Assembly (NCBI RefSeq): GCF_006345805.1
Contig: NC_043013.1
Span: forward strand, 33,542,001-33,606,000
From: Octopus sinensis
Taxonomy: Eukaryota
Direction of reading: 5' to 3'
Length of the DNA stretch: 64,000 nucleotides
The position numbers and the translations under genes are program-made. A model generated the notes under the pieces. It was not told where the DNA came from. It ran no database searches and saw only the letters and a program-made list of their open reading frames with translations. Shown here piece after piece: positions 1-13,451 of the stretch; the stretch's first letter is position 1; the number at the start of each line of letters is the position of its first letter.

Positions 1-47
1 AAATGATGAATGAAATAAGGCAACATACGACCAGTTGTATACATGTG

Positions 48-87
<40 letters not shown>

Positions 88-658
88 GTGTGTGTGTGTG
101 TGTGTATTCTCTAACCTTAGAATGCTGGTTTGGTGGGAGGTTATCCTGTTTTTTCTCTGGAATTATAAGACAGATGGATTGAGAATTCTGGACGATATCA
201 TTGCTAGCTTAAGAAGAGCGATCCGGTGAAAAATTTTATTGAAGTCACCACTCAATGCTACTACAAACAGCCATGAGCTTGTAACTTGCTTGGGAAAGTA
301 GGCGCTGGGTGTAGAAGAGATACATTAGTAACTGATTAGCTTACAAAGGTAGTTGTCCATTTTTTAAGTTTGTGCTGTTCTCGTTGTTTAGCTCCAAGTC
401 AACCCTGTTAAAGTAGATCTCTGATCGCATGATCTCCAATCAATGACTATCTTACTTGATTTCTGGTATGCAGGGACCGCATTCTCTAAAGTATCTTTTT
501 TTGAAAGCTGGCTGGGTGTGATTTGATGGTGTTTAGTACTATTGCAATAGATATGCACTAATATCTGTTGATCAGTTGTGCTCAGTTATTGTTGATCATT
601 TTAGCCCTGGTCATCATTGATTGAGCAGATCTCTATTAAAGCCTTTACAACCATAACC

Positions 659-697
<39 letters not shown>

Positions 698-1149
698 TGT
701 ATTTTCTACGAGGTACAAACAAACTTCTTTGCTGTAATTTAAAGAGGTTTGGAAGCTATTTCTAGCAGATCAGACGACTACGTAAAGATTCACTTCTTGA
801 CTATATATTTTTTTTAAATCGTTACTTTATATAAAAAGTTTTCTGAGTTATTTAATCACAGCATTTTACGTACTGAGTCCAAAATTACCCTGAGCTCAAT
901 TTTAGCGCTAATTTCAATAGAAAAAGTGCTCGTAAAATAATGGAATCATCGTAAATTATTATGTGCATCCTTCAAATTTTACGTTCTGTGCTCATGTCCG
1001 AAATCAATATTTGAATGTAAATTATTGCTGAGAAACGGAAGCTTTGGATAAGATATTTTGTCGACAGAATATTTTGCTGATCTCCTGAATTTGACCACAA
1101 TAAAATCTGCTAGATACGGTGTGGATCTCGGGGTGAAAAATAACTTCAG

Positions 1150-2470
1150 AGGCTGAAGCCACACAGGCGATTAAAGCATTCAAATGGGGTAAAGATGTCG
1201 GGGAGAATTAAAGTCGGCCTGGGATGTTAATGGCCGCAAATAGAGAAGATATTCTCAGACTGACTGGGAAATGTTAGGTGGGTTTGGACCTCTGGAAAGA
1301 CGCCAAAGCAATGGCAATCTGGGTTGTTAATCTCAAGTTTAAAAAAGCGAGACAAGAGAGAATGCTTTCTTTATAGAGGAGTTTTGTTTCTTCCCCTTTG
1401 TAAAATCTACGCTAGCTCTCTGGAAAAGTGATGTAGGGATATTTTGTCAAGTTCGAAAAAGAGGAAAAGTGTGACTTCCACCCTGGAGGAAACCTCGCTA
1501 AGCAAATACTCAATTTACGACGGGTCTTCAAAAACATCATAGAAATATTGCCAAGAAGTGTAAGCTTGTTTAGTAGACCTTGCAAAGACCTATGATCACC
1601 TGAAGATGGACGTGTTGTAGAGGGTTTTGCAGGAGTTTTGAATTAATGGGCAATTTCACGTTGTCATGGCGTCCCTTTACGAATAATCTGGTGTTTGTGT
1701 CGGATTTCGACAGGCATGCGTATTGTCACATCATTTTTATAATTCTTATGAACTGGATTGATATACGATGTGGAAGTGCTATCACAAGCAATGACTGTAG
1801 GATCGATCGGATAATATCTGTAGATGACATGGTGTTACTCGGCTTATCAGAAGGTTGTCTCCAACATGTGCTCAGTGGCTTCGCTAACAAATGCTGTTAA
1901 GCAGGATGAGATTTAGTGTTGCGAAGAAACAGTTATTGTTTCTCGTCTCAAAATCTTCCCAGTATGATCTGTTTGTTAGTGGAACATCACTAGGAGAGGT
2001 GGATAAGTTTAAGTATCTCGGGACCGTATTCATATAGGATGGGAAGCAGGAAGCTAAATTGCACTTGCTGGTACCGCAATACGCCTTCTCCAGCATACGA
2101 TACTCAGAAAAGCAGCGGTTGGTAAATAAGCCAATTTGAGTTTCGTAGTCTATCCTCACCTATACTCATGAATGTTGGGTAATGACCGCTGCTTCTCCGT
2201 ACTGGGTGGTGGGTAGAGCCCTGATACTACACACCTGTGATTAGAATGTCGTAGAATACAATAACAAGACGGTTTCTTTAACCTGTGACAACTGGTAAGA
2301 AGTACATAGATATATAACACACATTGTCTCAGTTTGGTCACGCGGAAAGCGTAATGGTGGTTGCTTCTGATAGAGCTTCATGGAAAAGTTGACTCAGGAC
2401 TCTATCCACAAGACTCTCCCAAGAATACTAGGAGTGATGGTGGGAGACGGTGAATTGATGAATGAATCTT
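1150..2470 (+). mobile_element. Heavily degraded RTE-clade LINE (Rex3/Expander-like), RT to 3' end
   Basis: Manual translation across stops and frameshifts gives RTE motifs in order: CLVDLAKTYD (about 1566), ISVDDMVLL (FADD-like, about 1815), VDKFKYLGTVF (about 2000), LTYTHECWVMT (about 2155), ASDRASWKS (about 2360). Confidence 0.75.
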
Positions 2471-2729
2471 TTGAATGAAAATATTGTTAGCAGGTTTTGC
2501 ATTAAGCAGGAAAGGAACACGACAAAGATATTTTAACTGAAAAAGTCAATATCAACATCTCTGTAAGCTTACTTTACCTGGGTAGATTATTTTATGCATG
2601 GTAGGCCTCTGTGTTAATTTTCACATTGCATATTGCAATGATTGAAGCTCCTATATGCAAACTCAAAAGAAAATGTGGATTCTATATACGATCTCTGAGT
2701 TGCACGGCACATATGCATATATAATACAT

Positions 2730-2764
<35 letters not shown>

Positions 2765-3149
2765 CATATGTAAAATCCCACACGAGCGCACATGCAAATC
2801 TTTTCTTTTATTTCTGTCAGTAATTGGGTTGTGACCATGCGGGAGCGCCGCTTTTACGTGTTTAATGGGACATTCGATCGTAGTACAGGTTTAAGAATAG
2901 AAGAAAAAACTGGTAATAGTTCTACCATTTTCTTTTACCGAAACACTAATTTACGTGGATGTAATCAGAAGAAAATACAAGATGTGAAGCAGTGGAGGCA
3001 GGAGCAAATAAAAATACCAAGACAAACACACACACACACACACAAAGATATATACTACGGGATTACGTGCAGTTTCCATTTTCCAAATTCATTCGTAGGG
3101 CCTTCGTTAACCCTGGGCTATATTAGAAGCCACTTGCACAATGTACCGA

Positions 3150-3500
3150 ATAATTGGATTGAACTTGAAAATACAGCCCTTCCTGTTTGTTTTCACTGTC
3201 CTGGTTTTGTCACCAATCTTGACCCTCTGCAAGATCGCAAATTTTATTTGGTTTGCTTTGCGGGGACAACTGTATCTTGACGTGAATTGCTCAAAATACG
3301 GATTAGAAAAACAGCCGACAACTAACGATGGGTCGTTTCTTGCGTTGTTTGTCTTGTTTTCCATTTGTTTCTTTCGTTGCTTGCAAGACAAATGTCCTTA
3401 TTCCATGTCCTCGTACTTCGTATTTTTTGTTGTTTATATATTGTAACGTCCTGTGTCCACATGTGTATATTTATATACATATACGTCATGTAAGTATGTA
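3150..3500 (+). repeat. Unclassified dispersed repeat, diverged copy 1 of 3 (others 34295-34690 and 53050-53460)
   Basis: Shares the block ...GCAA...TTTATTT..TTTGCTTTGCGG...GACAACT...TCCTGT.CC.CAT.TG with the two other copies. Confidence 0.55.
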
Positions 3501-3789
3501 CGTACATGTTGGCATATATACATATATATAATTTCTATTATTATATGATGGAACGCCACGCATCCTTTTCTGAGCAAGTTTTATATATGTATATATATAT
3601 ATATATAACACAAAAGGAAATGAAGAAAATGCTGACAATATAATTTAAGTAAGGGAGAGTGCATTTAATTAGGTGAAAGTTCTTTTTACCGGTTGCGCAT
3701 TTGTTATGCTTATCAAAATATATTTTTTTAAGAGAGATAGAGTTCCTTTCTGATAGATTTTTCTCTCATATATATATATATATATATAT

Positions 3790-3949
3790 ACGTCTGACTT
3801 CTCTCAGTTTCCGTTTATCAAATTCACTGAGAAAGCTTTGGTCGACCCAACGCTATAGTAAAAGACAATCACCAAAGTTGCGACGCAGTGGGACAGAACT
3901 CCGGAACCATGCGGTTGGGAAGCAACCAAGCCTCTTATCACACACTCAC
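3790..3949 (-). mobile_element. tRNA-derived SINE family A, head fragment
   Basis: Reverse complement aligns to the head seen at 8875-9030, 27095-27248 and 33486 (A box TGGCTGTGTGG-like, B box GGTTCAGTCCC-like). Confidence 0.7.
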
Positions 3950-3964
3950 GCTTCTGCCTATATG

Positions 3965-4016
<52 letters not shown>

Positions 4017-4038
4017 ATATGTACACACGCACATATAT

Positions 4039-4072
<34 letters not shown>

Positions 4073-4090
4073 GTACACACGCACATATAT

Positions 4091-4164
<74 letters not shown>

Positions 4165-4898
4165 ATACCTACATATACGAGACATTCTACCATTTACCTG
4201 TGTAATGCATGCAACGAAAAGGTAATTGAAGATTACTAGTTCTGAATTATTTATGTTTACGCAATCATTTTACAACTTCGCTGTCATGGAGGTCAAAATG
4301 ACTATTAAAGACCTGAATTTACAAACATACATTTACAAACATATCATTTATTGAAAGCGATTAGCTGAGAATAAATAATTCCGCTGAGTTAAAATTTCTG
4401 ACGAAATGTAAACTTTTCCAAAGTTACATTTCCGCGTTAATATAATCATATTCCTCATGTAGATTGATTTTAAATTGTTTACTGATAAAGTTTCGTGATT
4501 CGAGTTATTTTTATTCGCGTAAGAAATTTTTGATGAAGGCTTGTGCTTAATCCGCACGGTGGTCCAGTTCTTAACACAAACTTGCTAGCTAGACTTCACC
4601 ACTTTGTTCATATTTCGAAATATATTCACTACGACCCTAAATCATGCAGTGAGAACTTACAGACTATAGTCACAACATTTGATCCACTCATTATGGTACT
4701 ATCAAAAACGCATGTGAAACTGAAGGGAAAAGTAAATAAGTTAAAAGTATGTGAAATGAATGCGTAAATGTATATTTTCAATGCATTTTGGTGTTTAGTT
4801 TTCAATCAATATATACAGTAAGAGAGAGAGAGAGAGGAGAGGAGAGAGAGAGAGAGAGAGAGAGTGCCTGGTAAGCATATATATATGCATCCGTACAT

Positions 4899-4945
<47 letters not shown>

Positions 4946-4948
<3 letters not shown>

Positions 4949-6021
4949 AGGGAAGAAATGGAGCTGAACGAAGATTTTACAAAATTCCTTTATATTATTT
5001 TCTACATATGTTTCAAAGGCTGCTAAGTCCCTAATTCGGATTGAATAAGGAGACCATTTTGCAGCTTTCTCTTCAGGAAAATCCAGGAACTTAAATCTCC
5101 AACAAAATGCGCAGCAAGCTTTTGGACAAACGCTCTCTAGGAGCCCATGGTATGAATGGCACAAAACTGTCTCTCAAAATGCGTTGACGTCGGGCTGGGT
5201 GAAAGCCGACGAAAAAGTCCGTTGTGATAATTCGAGGTCAAAATCCGGTTAACATAGGGGAGGGGAAGAATTACAGAAAACCAAAGAGTGTGAATATATT
5301 CTGTATGACTAGTGTTAATATTCGAATTGTTTTAAGAATGAGGGCTATCACGTTTGGGTGTGAGAAATTGCCTACATGTATGTGTGTGTGCGCCTATGTA
5401 TGTGTGGCAGTATGTTTAGGAAGCTGCTAGGGAGAAATATATAGCAGATATTAATGGTCAAGCAGCTGAAGAAAAACCTGTGTCTGTGTGTTCGTCTGTG
5501 ACCAGTTTATAGAGAGATAGCTTGTCAACAATGGGAGTATACATCCCTGATAGTATTTCTAAATAAGTAGCAGTTCATACGGTAAAAGGGGAGTAATTTC
5601 CCCTTACAAATTTAATTCAAAATTTTTTACAAAATTTTTTTCCTTTTCTTAGGACATCAAAGGGTTAATTATCTTAGACTTCATTGGTATGCAAGAAATG
5701 TGTGCCGCCTCCAGTGTGGACATCTAAAAGAATTTTGCAGAATCGAGTTAACAAGCTGCCCTCGGGCGAATAAAATGTGAAAAAGCTCCGAGTTGCAAAG
5801 ATTACAGATTCTTTTGCCTCTATCAAACGGTACAGACACCGATAAAATCGACCATCGCATTTTGTTGGAGATTTAAGTTCCTGGATTTTCCTGAAGAGAA
5901 AGCTGCAAAATGGTCTCCTTATTCAATCCGAATTAGGGACTTTGCAGCCTTTGAAACATATGTAGAAAATAATAAAAAGGAATTTTGTAAAATCTTCGTT
6001 CAGCTCCATTTCTTCCCTCAC
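4946..6021. mobile_element. Non-autonomous DNA transposon with 166-bp terminal inverted repeats and TA flanks
   Basis: 4946-5111 is the reverse complement of 5856-6021 with about 3 mismatches. TA sits at 4944-4945 and 6022-6023. Just inside the left TIR, QQAFGQTLSRSPWYEWHK resembles a mariner HTH. Confidence 0.85.
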
Positions 6022-6231
6022 TAAATATATAAAACTTCAAATTTCCGCACTAAGGCACGGTTTTGAGACCCCATGGTCGTAACCTCAACCGTGATTTTTC
6101 TGTTGTGATTTTTGCTACCCAGGTATCGGTTATAATTGAATAATCCGTAACAAGATAATTCATTTATCCATTTCAATAAATATATATATATATTATATAT
6201 ATATAACTATATATATTATGTTCTCTTATTC

Positions 6232-6268
6232 TTCTCTGTTGAAGAACGTAGGCTCGAAACGTAAAATA
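6232..6268 (+). ncRNA. Degenerate minimal hammerhead-like motif in a Penelope-type repeat
   Basis: TTGAAGA-ACGTAGGCTC-GAAAC-GTA. The related inverted copy at 10795-10828 reads TAGAAGAGCGTAGGCTCGAAACGTA. Confidence 0.35.
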
Positions 6269-6440
6269 CATCATTTTCCTGCTTGTTGTTCATACACTTG
6301 CATCCGTCTTGTTTTTCTATAAATTTCATAAATACAGATACACACTTCTATCAATCTATCTATCTATCTATCTTTATTATATATATATATATATATAAAC
6401 ATACACACATGCACACACACACACACACACACACACACTC

Positions 6441-6471
<31 letters not shown>

Positions 6472-6561
6472 ATTGAAGTTCATGTAGAATAAGCTTACAT
6501 TAATCTGAAGGGTTTTGTAGAGTGCAAAAGTATCATTACTATTAAACAAGGAAATATTAAT

Positions 6562-6563
<2 letters not shown>

Positions 6564-6622
<59 letters not shown>
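6564..6622. repeat. (AAT)n microsatellite
   Basis: Pure AAT run. Confidence 0.95.
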
Positions 6623-8699
6623 GTAAAAATGATATAAAATGGTATGTATTTCGTGCAAAAGGTACACATGCACTCATTCACACACACAAAGATACACGGA
6701 CACACTCACACACTTACACACACATTCATGTGATCGTTTTATATATACGTTATGGCGGTATCCGGAAGTTGATATTCTTGCCTCCATTTAGAAATCTGCA
6801 ATCAATCCATCCGGACTATGATTTTAGATTCCTACTAATAAATTGTGTCACACGTGGTTTCGTGACTAATTGATTCAGCTTTAGTTACGAGAAGTTGGGT
6901 TTAAGAACACCAGACGTAACATGAGTAATTAGACGATTGCAGCTACAGACTGACGAAGGAACTGTTAAAATAAGAAAAACATTGAAGAAGTTCAGCCTAT
7001 AATAATAACAGGGAGTATAATGACATTCGCATCTTCACCATACTGAGTGTGTGAATATATAAGTATATATTTACATGCATACATGCATATATGTACGCAT
7101 GGACACATATTCATACACACATGTTTGCAGACACACATACATGAATGCATGTATATACAAATACGCTTATATACACACTAGTCCACCCTCTTTGATGTTG
7201 TCTACATTCCGATAAAAAGTATTGTTTCTAAGCTACAAATCGGTTCATTCTCTATTGGTGAGAATCTGAAAAAACAAAATCAGACAAGCTTACATACAAG
7301 TATGCATAAATATCCTCATACAACTTACAATCATATATACACTTCAACATTTACATGTACATACATGTATACATAAATAAATGCATATATACATATGCAT
7401 AAATTCATATATGCGCATATAGGCATGCCGGCATACATACGTGTCAACGTGTGTATACGTGTGAATCTCTTTTCTACTCAAGGAAAAAATTCTTAAATTG
7501 CTAGGCAATTCACTTAGTAGGAATAAATATTGCCGTTTTCCTTGTTCAAATTGATAAGATGATGGAAACTCGTAATATAGCTGACTATGAATGTGTGAAA
7601 ATATTAAGAAGTGAATGACTTAGACTTTAGTTACCAGTGTTGTTATGGATTAAACAAGAAGTAATTAAAAATACTGCTTGAAATATCCAATCTCTACTGA
7701 CCTACTATGCTCAACAATATCTCTGTTGGTTTCCTGAAGGTGTATAAGCAGTTGAATTCATCCAGTGACCTGAGATCGATGAATCTGTCCTCCCAATTCT
7801 AGATATCTTTGCCTGCGGACTGAACGCAAATGACAATTCTAGCCAGTGATACTGGACAAACACGAAGGCGCAACGTTAGTAGCTCATATTGGTGACATGC
7901 ATTGTTTTCAAAGATACTGGAGCGTGTAATTCATAACAGCCATCGTGAGGTATACCTCCCTACGGTCACAGATAACAGATTGCTAACATGGCTTCGGGTA
8001 ATGGGAAAATCACGTGAAACATTATTTCTATTCATTACAAGCTGGTGCATTCACTAACTCAAGTGGAGCAGGTAGACTATATTAATTTTCTTAAATTCTT
8101 CGTAAATAGTTTGACACAGATAATTAATCGTAAAGCTCTTTAGTGCGATGTTATAAGGTTTGTGAAATTCCATAAATGCTGATATAAAATGTTCAAAACA
8201 AAATACAATAATATCGCTGACCAAATTACTTGCTGTGATTCACAGCTATGATATATATCGTTTCTCGAGGAAATATATATAAACAACACTACTAAATTAA
8301 CCTAATGTATCCATTGTCTATTTATTTTCTGAATATGAAAACATACTCATATATATGATAGGATGTTTTCTCATTTCTTTTCTAAGAGCGGTATGTTGAA
8401 TCTCACATATAAAACCAGTATTTCTAAGTCATAAACGGTTATGCTATATGTAATTATTTGTGCATGTGTGTACGTATACACGCACACACACACACACACA
8501 CACACATACACGCACACACGCACTTATAAATTTATATACACACATACATATATGAGGATATAGATATGTATATATATATGTATATATATATATATATATA
8601 TATGTGTGTATATATATTACAGACACACAACACACACACACACATACACACATTAGAAATTCTTTCTGAAACTTAATGCAGTTTTTAAATATAAATTCT

Positions 8700-8788
8700 T
8701 CTATTCTATCGTTCTTCTTTGCGAACCGTTAAGTTACGGAGACATAAACATACCAAGCGTTGGTGGGGAGACAAACATAAACACACGC

Positions 8789-8876
<88 letters not shown>

Positions 8877-9030
8877 GACGGGCTTCTTTCAGTTTCCGTC
8901 TACCAGATCCACTCATAAGGCTTTAGTCAGCCCGAAGATATAGTAGAAAACACTTGCTCGAGACGCCACACAGTGGGACGGAACACAGCACTATGTGATT
9001 GGGAAGCAAACTTCTTACAACAGAGCCACT
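8700..9030 (-). mobile_element. SINE family A with internal (CA)n(TA)n microsatellite
   Basis: Body GCGAACCGTTAAGTTACGGAGAC, then (CA)n(TA)n, then the tRNA-like head on the minus strand. Same architecture as 26846-27248. Confidence 0.75.
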
Positions 9031-9143
9031 CGTGGGGATTTTTATAAAAAAATATTTTTTACAAATTATAAAATCTTCTATCAGGATGTTGCAAACTTTT
9101 CTGGAAGAAGTTTTTTCTCTCTCGGTATATATATATATATATA

Positions 9144-9179
<36 letters not shown>

Positions 9180-9260
9180 ATAGATCGCCACTACACACAA
9201 TTTTTCTTTCCTTGTTTCTCTCCTTGTTTTTTTCTGTGTCCCTTTCTGTAGAGAGCGTAG

Positions 9261-9262
<2 letters not shown>
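9180..9262 (+). repeat. Truncated copy of the Penelope-type repeat found inverted at 10805-10895
   Basis: GCCACTACACA...CTGTGTCCCTTTCTGTAGAGAGCGTAGG matches the reverse complement of 10805-10890. Confidence 0.6.
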
Positions 9263-9334
<72 letters not shown>

Positions 9335-9784
9335 ATATATGTGTGTGTGTGTGTATACTGATATATAGGTTGATAAATAGATTGACATCTCTGCATACTC
9401 GCAATATTTTAGTTTGATAAAGTTCAATAACAATCTCTTATTAAACAGTGAACCTAAATTTATAGACAGGTTATCATATAAAAATCGTGTAATCCAAGAA
9501 GACAACATCATGCAAGTGTAGACAACTTCAAGATATGTTTTAAAATACACTACTGTGTGTATAAGGGTCGAAAACGTTTCATAATGCTTGGTACTTTAGT
9601 AATAATATTTTGTTCTTCAATCACATAGTGTTATACAGAGACGCATTTACATTACCTCTATTTCATAATGTTGAAATGCTTTCTTAAATACTTTTTATTC
9701 GAGTTCTTCCCCAGAAGAAGTTTCATATGTTCCCGTCATCGCTTCCTTAGGTTGCCGAAATCACCCTCGTCGTCGTTGTTGTCG

Positions 9785-9819
<35 letters not shown>

Positions 9820-10489
9820 GTTATTATTCGTATTTGGTGTCAGTATGCCTATTGATGTCATTTCCAGGAAACAAACAAGAAAAAAATCGAAAAAGGTTTG
9901 TCAATTCACAAATGTATATATTTATGTGTGAATATGTGTATATGTCTATATATGTATTTGTGAGTTTGTGCCTGTATTTTTGAGTATATAGATATGTTTG
10001 CTCGCGTGCGTTTGTGTGTTTGATAAGATACCTGAATACATAAAACTACTGAAGATAGTAAACGAATATTATTATAACGCCATTGTGGGAATAATGCCTC
10101 TAGCTCTTAACATCACTTCTCTTTAGAAGAATTTCCCCATATATAAAACTTAATCTTTCGGTCTCTACTTTCCCTAATCCCATGGAGGGCCTACGGAAGG
10201 AAATCTGAACTATCTGAAAAATGGATGCAATTCAATGCAAGCTACTTCATTTTCTCTCTGTCATCAATTTCTTACCCAGAAATATATTGCAATCATAAAC
10301 GAGGATTTAAAAAAAAAAACAGCCATTGATTTTGTTGGTTTCATACACATATGCAACTATAAAATACCACCATTGCTATAATTCGTAACAGTCACCATAT
10401 TTTGATTTGCGTTGGGGTTACGTCCAACATTGCTACTAGAGTAATCACTTGCTATATACAAATAATAATAAAAAAACATATACAATACT

Positions 10490-10562
10490 TTTTCTACGTC
10501 GCGGATTTTCACCTATCGTGGGGGTGGGGTTTGGAACCCGCGATAGTCGAGGGATTACTCTA
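10490..10562. mobile_element. Probable terminal fragment of a Tigger/pogo-like MITE
   Basis: TCGCGGATTTTCACCTATCG...CCCGCGATAGTCGAGGGATTACT resembles pogo-type MITE ends (from memory). The partner end was not found. Confidence 0.35.
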
Positions 10563-10719
10563 CATTGTAAGAAATGCCGTTTATGTATAGAAACTGTTCA
10601 TACTCAGATATAAGCTGATTTCCATCATATAAGCTTTTCTTCCTTCTCCCTCTCTCTCTCTCTCTCTCTCTCTTAGTATGTATGTATATATATATATATA
10701 TATGGAGAGTTTACAAAAA

Positions 10720-10895
10720 AAAAACAAAAGACGAAGACAGGTGGTGTACAAAACAAACAGATGCATTAGTATAACGCTCAGGAATAGAAAAAGTATTTTA
10801 CGTTTCGAGCCTACGCTCTTCTACAGAAAGGGACACAGAAAAAAACAAGGAGAGAAACAATGACAAAAAAAATTTTGTGTAGTGGCTAACGATGT
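10720..10895 (-). repeat. Penelope-type terminal repeat fragment with degenerate hammerhead-like motif
   Basis: Minus strand reads CTGTAGAAGAGCGTAGGCTCGAAACGTAAAA. Homologous to 6232-6330 and 9180-9262. Confidence 0.5.
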
Positions 10896-11954
10896 ATCAT
10901 ATATATATATATATATACACAAACACACACACGCACACATATATATATATATATTTATATATATATATATAGCGTCAACAATAAATTATGTATCATTTAT
11001 GCAAATATCAGTATTAATATGCTTTAAATGTATATGACTAACCATTAGCTGAATCCAGTAACGTTGCCTTTACAACTTTAAAAAACCCACGACATGGGGC
11101 CAAAACGAATCAAAACAACGTCACCTCACATAGCGAGCGGGTGTGGAGGGTTTCTTGAAGATTTCATGACTTAAAAGCGAACTGGTCATTAAGCAAGGAA
11201 GAATTCTCTTAGTACTCAGAGCAGCTTTTTGGGGCATGGTCTAAATCTTAAGATTTTCGTATTCAACATATTAAACTAATCTGGGCAGTCGATGGAATCT
11301 CTAGGTAGTTGTTCGATATATTAACTATCTCCGAAAATTTGTACTTCAGTCAAACACAAACTAAAAGCAATCACCGAAAGGATATATGGAACACCTTGCC
11401 GCTTACATTAACGGTTTGTCACATGACTAAGCATCATAACTCAGTGTTCACGTGACTCTACCGAAATCCACTCCTTTGCAAGCATTCGAGTGACGCTTGC
11501 AATTTGAAGATATATTTCTGCCCCTTTACGTCTCGACTAAGAGTTAAAATGGAACATCTGCTCTATTATAATAATGAACCTAATGGTCACACCAGGCATC
11601 GTAGGATAATAAAGCATAACATTCATAGAAACCAACAATGTAAAACTCACTTTTTTGGATGTGCTGTCGTACTTTTGGCCACAGTTTCGTAAAAGTCTTT
11701 TCTACGTTATTTTCTTTTATTTGTCTATTCTTCTTCAGGTGGTACTAATTCATTTTCGAAAATGCACATATGAATACATGAGATATGGAGCAATAAAAGA
11801 ACATAACCGTTCATATTTTCTATAATACTTCATATAAAGACAACGTTATATTGTTTTGTAGTATATAAGTGCACAACTGCTAATGTCTGAGCAATTATAT
11901 ATATACCTTTATATTAGACCATATATTAATGGCATAAATGTGTAAAAGAAAAAG

Positions 11955-12115
11955 AAATATACATATACATATATAGAGGTGTGTGTGTATAAATATGTAT
12001 ATAAATATGAATATATGTATATATATATACATTATATGAATATATACTATATATATAGATATATATATATATGTATGCATGTATATATATGTACATATAT
12101 ATATATATGTACATA

Positions 12116-12157
<42 letters not shown>

Positions 12158-12399
12158 TATATGCATACATGATGCGACTGCTAGAACACATATCAGTGGA
12201 GTGTGCTAATAAATATTTGAAGGAACACAGCAATATTTCATATCAATGTTTATTATATCTTCCTTCGCTATTTGTATATACTTCTGGTGATTTCCGGTAA
12301 CGGAAAGCACGTGACCATTACAAATTACTTCCAATTGGATTATTCGCATTAGCACATTTATTCAGATCCCCCAACTAAAGTGTACCACATATGATATAT

Positions 12400-12481
<82 letters not shown>

Positions 12482-12537
12482 TATATACCCATGGATATAT
12501 AGATATACGTGTGTGTATCTATGTATATAAATATATG

Positions 12538-12568
<31 letters not shown>

Positions 12569-12610
12569 TATATATAATATGTGACTAAGTGTATATATGT
12601 ATATACTAAA
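11955..12610. repeat. Two compound (TA)n/(TACA)n tracts
   Basis: Interrupted TA runs at about 11955-12170 and 12395-12610. Confidence 0.9.
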
Positions 12611-12954
12611 CATACATAAAGGTATTATTGGTGGCATATATGCTTGATATAAATATAAATGTGAAGGAAGTTAAGGGAAGGTAATGTGTATATGTATGCA
12701 TGTCTGCACTGTTAGGTAGAAGATTTGAAAGGAAATTCGGTAAACCAAGCAAGGTGCAGTGCCTGCAGCTTATGTGGAAAAATCTGCTCAATGGCTTGAT
12801 ATAAAAGAAATAAATTAGTTCTTGTAACATTGCTTAGGAAATAATAAAGAAAAAGAACCAACAAAAAAAAATGTCGACGTTGTGGTGTGCTGATTAAAAC
12901 ACTTGCCGTTAATGTTCTACAGATATTATACGTTGATTTTGGTATTATTGTTTA

Positions 12955-13002
12955 ATAATAATAATAATAATGATGATAATAATAATAATAATAATAATAA
13001 TG

Positions 13003-13035
<33 letters not shown>

Positions 13036-13038
13036 TTA

Positions 13039-13083
<45 letters not shown>

Positions 13084-13112
13084 TAATAATAATAATAATA
13101 ATAATAATAAAA
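12955..13112. repeat. Compound (AAT)n/(GAT) microsatellite
   Basis: AAT run with in-register GAT and TAG interruptions. Confidence 0.95.
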
Positions 13113-13302
13113 TAAACAGTGGTAAAAAGAAAACCAGGAGAAAAGTTTTTAGGTCAGTGTATTAAACAGTGTGAATTGTGGTTTGTGTTTTTTTTTGTGT
13201 GTGTTTCTGTTGCTAAATACTCAGTTGATAGACCATGTAGGTAGCAAACATTTCGTTTCTATTGAAGCGTTGGTTTTTACACCCAAATAACTTCATGTTA
13301 AT

Positions 13303-13342
<40 letters not shown>

Positions 13343-13394
13343 GCACAATCATATATCACAGATACAAACACACACAGACACACACACACGCACG

Positions 13395-13451
<57 letters not shown>

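Noticed and set aside
7696-7880. Minus-strand perfect TACTAAC branch point, CAG acceptor and downstream GT donors
   Set aside because: All three frames of the full candidate exon hit stops and no peptide was recognised; such signals occur by chance.
11476-11502. Hairpin TTGCAAGC...GCTTGCAA
   Set aside because: A single 8-bp stem with no supporting context.
12283-12320. CTGGTGA-TTTCCG-GTAA-CGGAAA, superficially hammerhead-like
   Set aside because: The GAAA is consumed by the stem, the core is altered, and there is no stem I or stem III.
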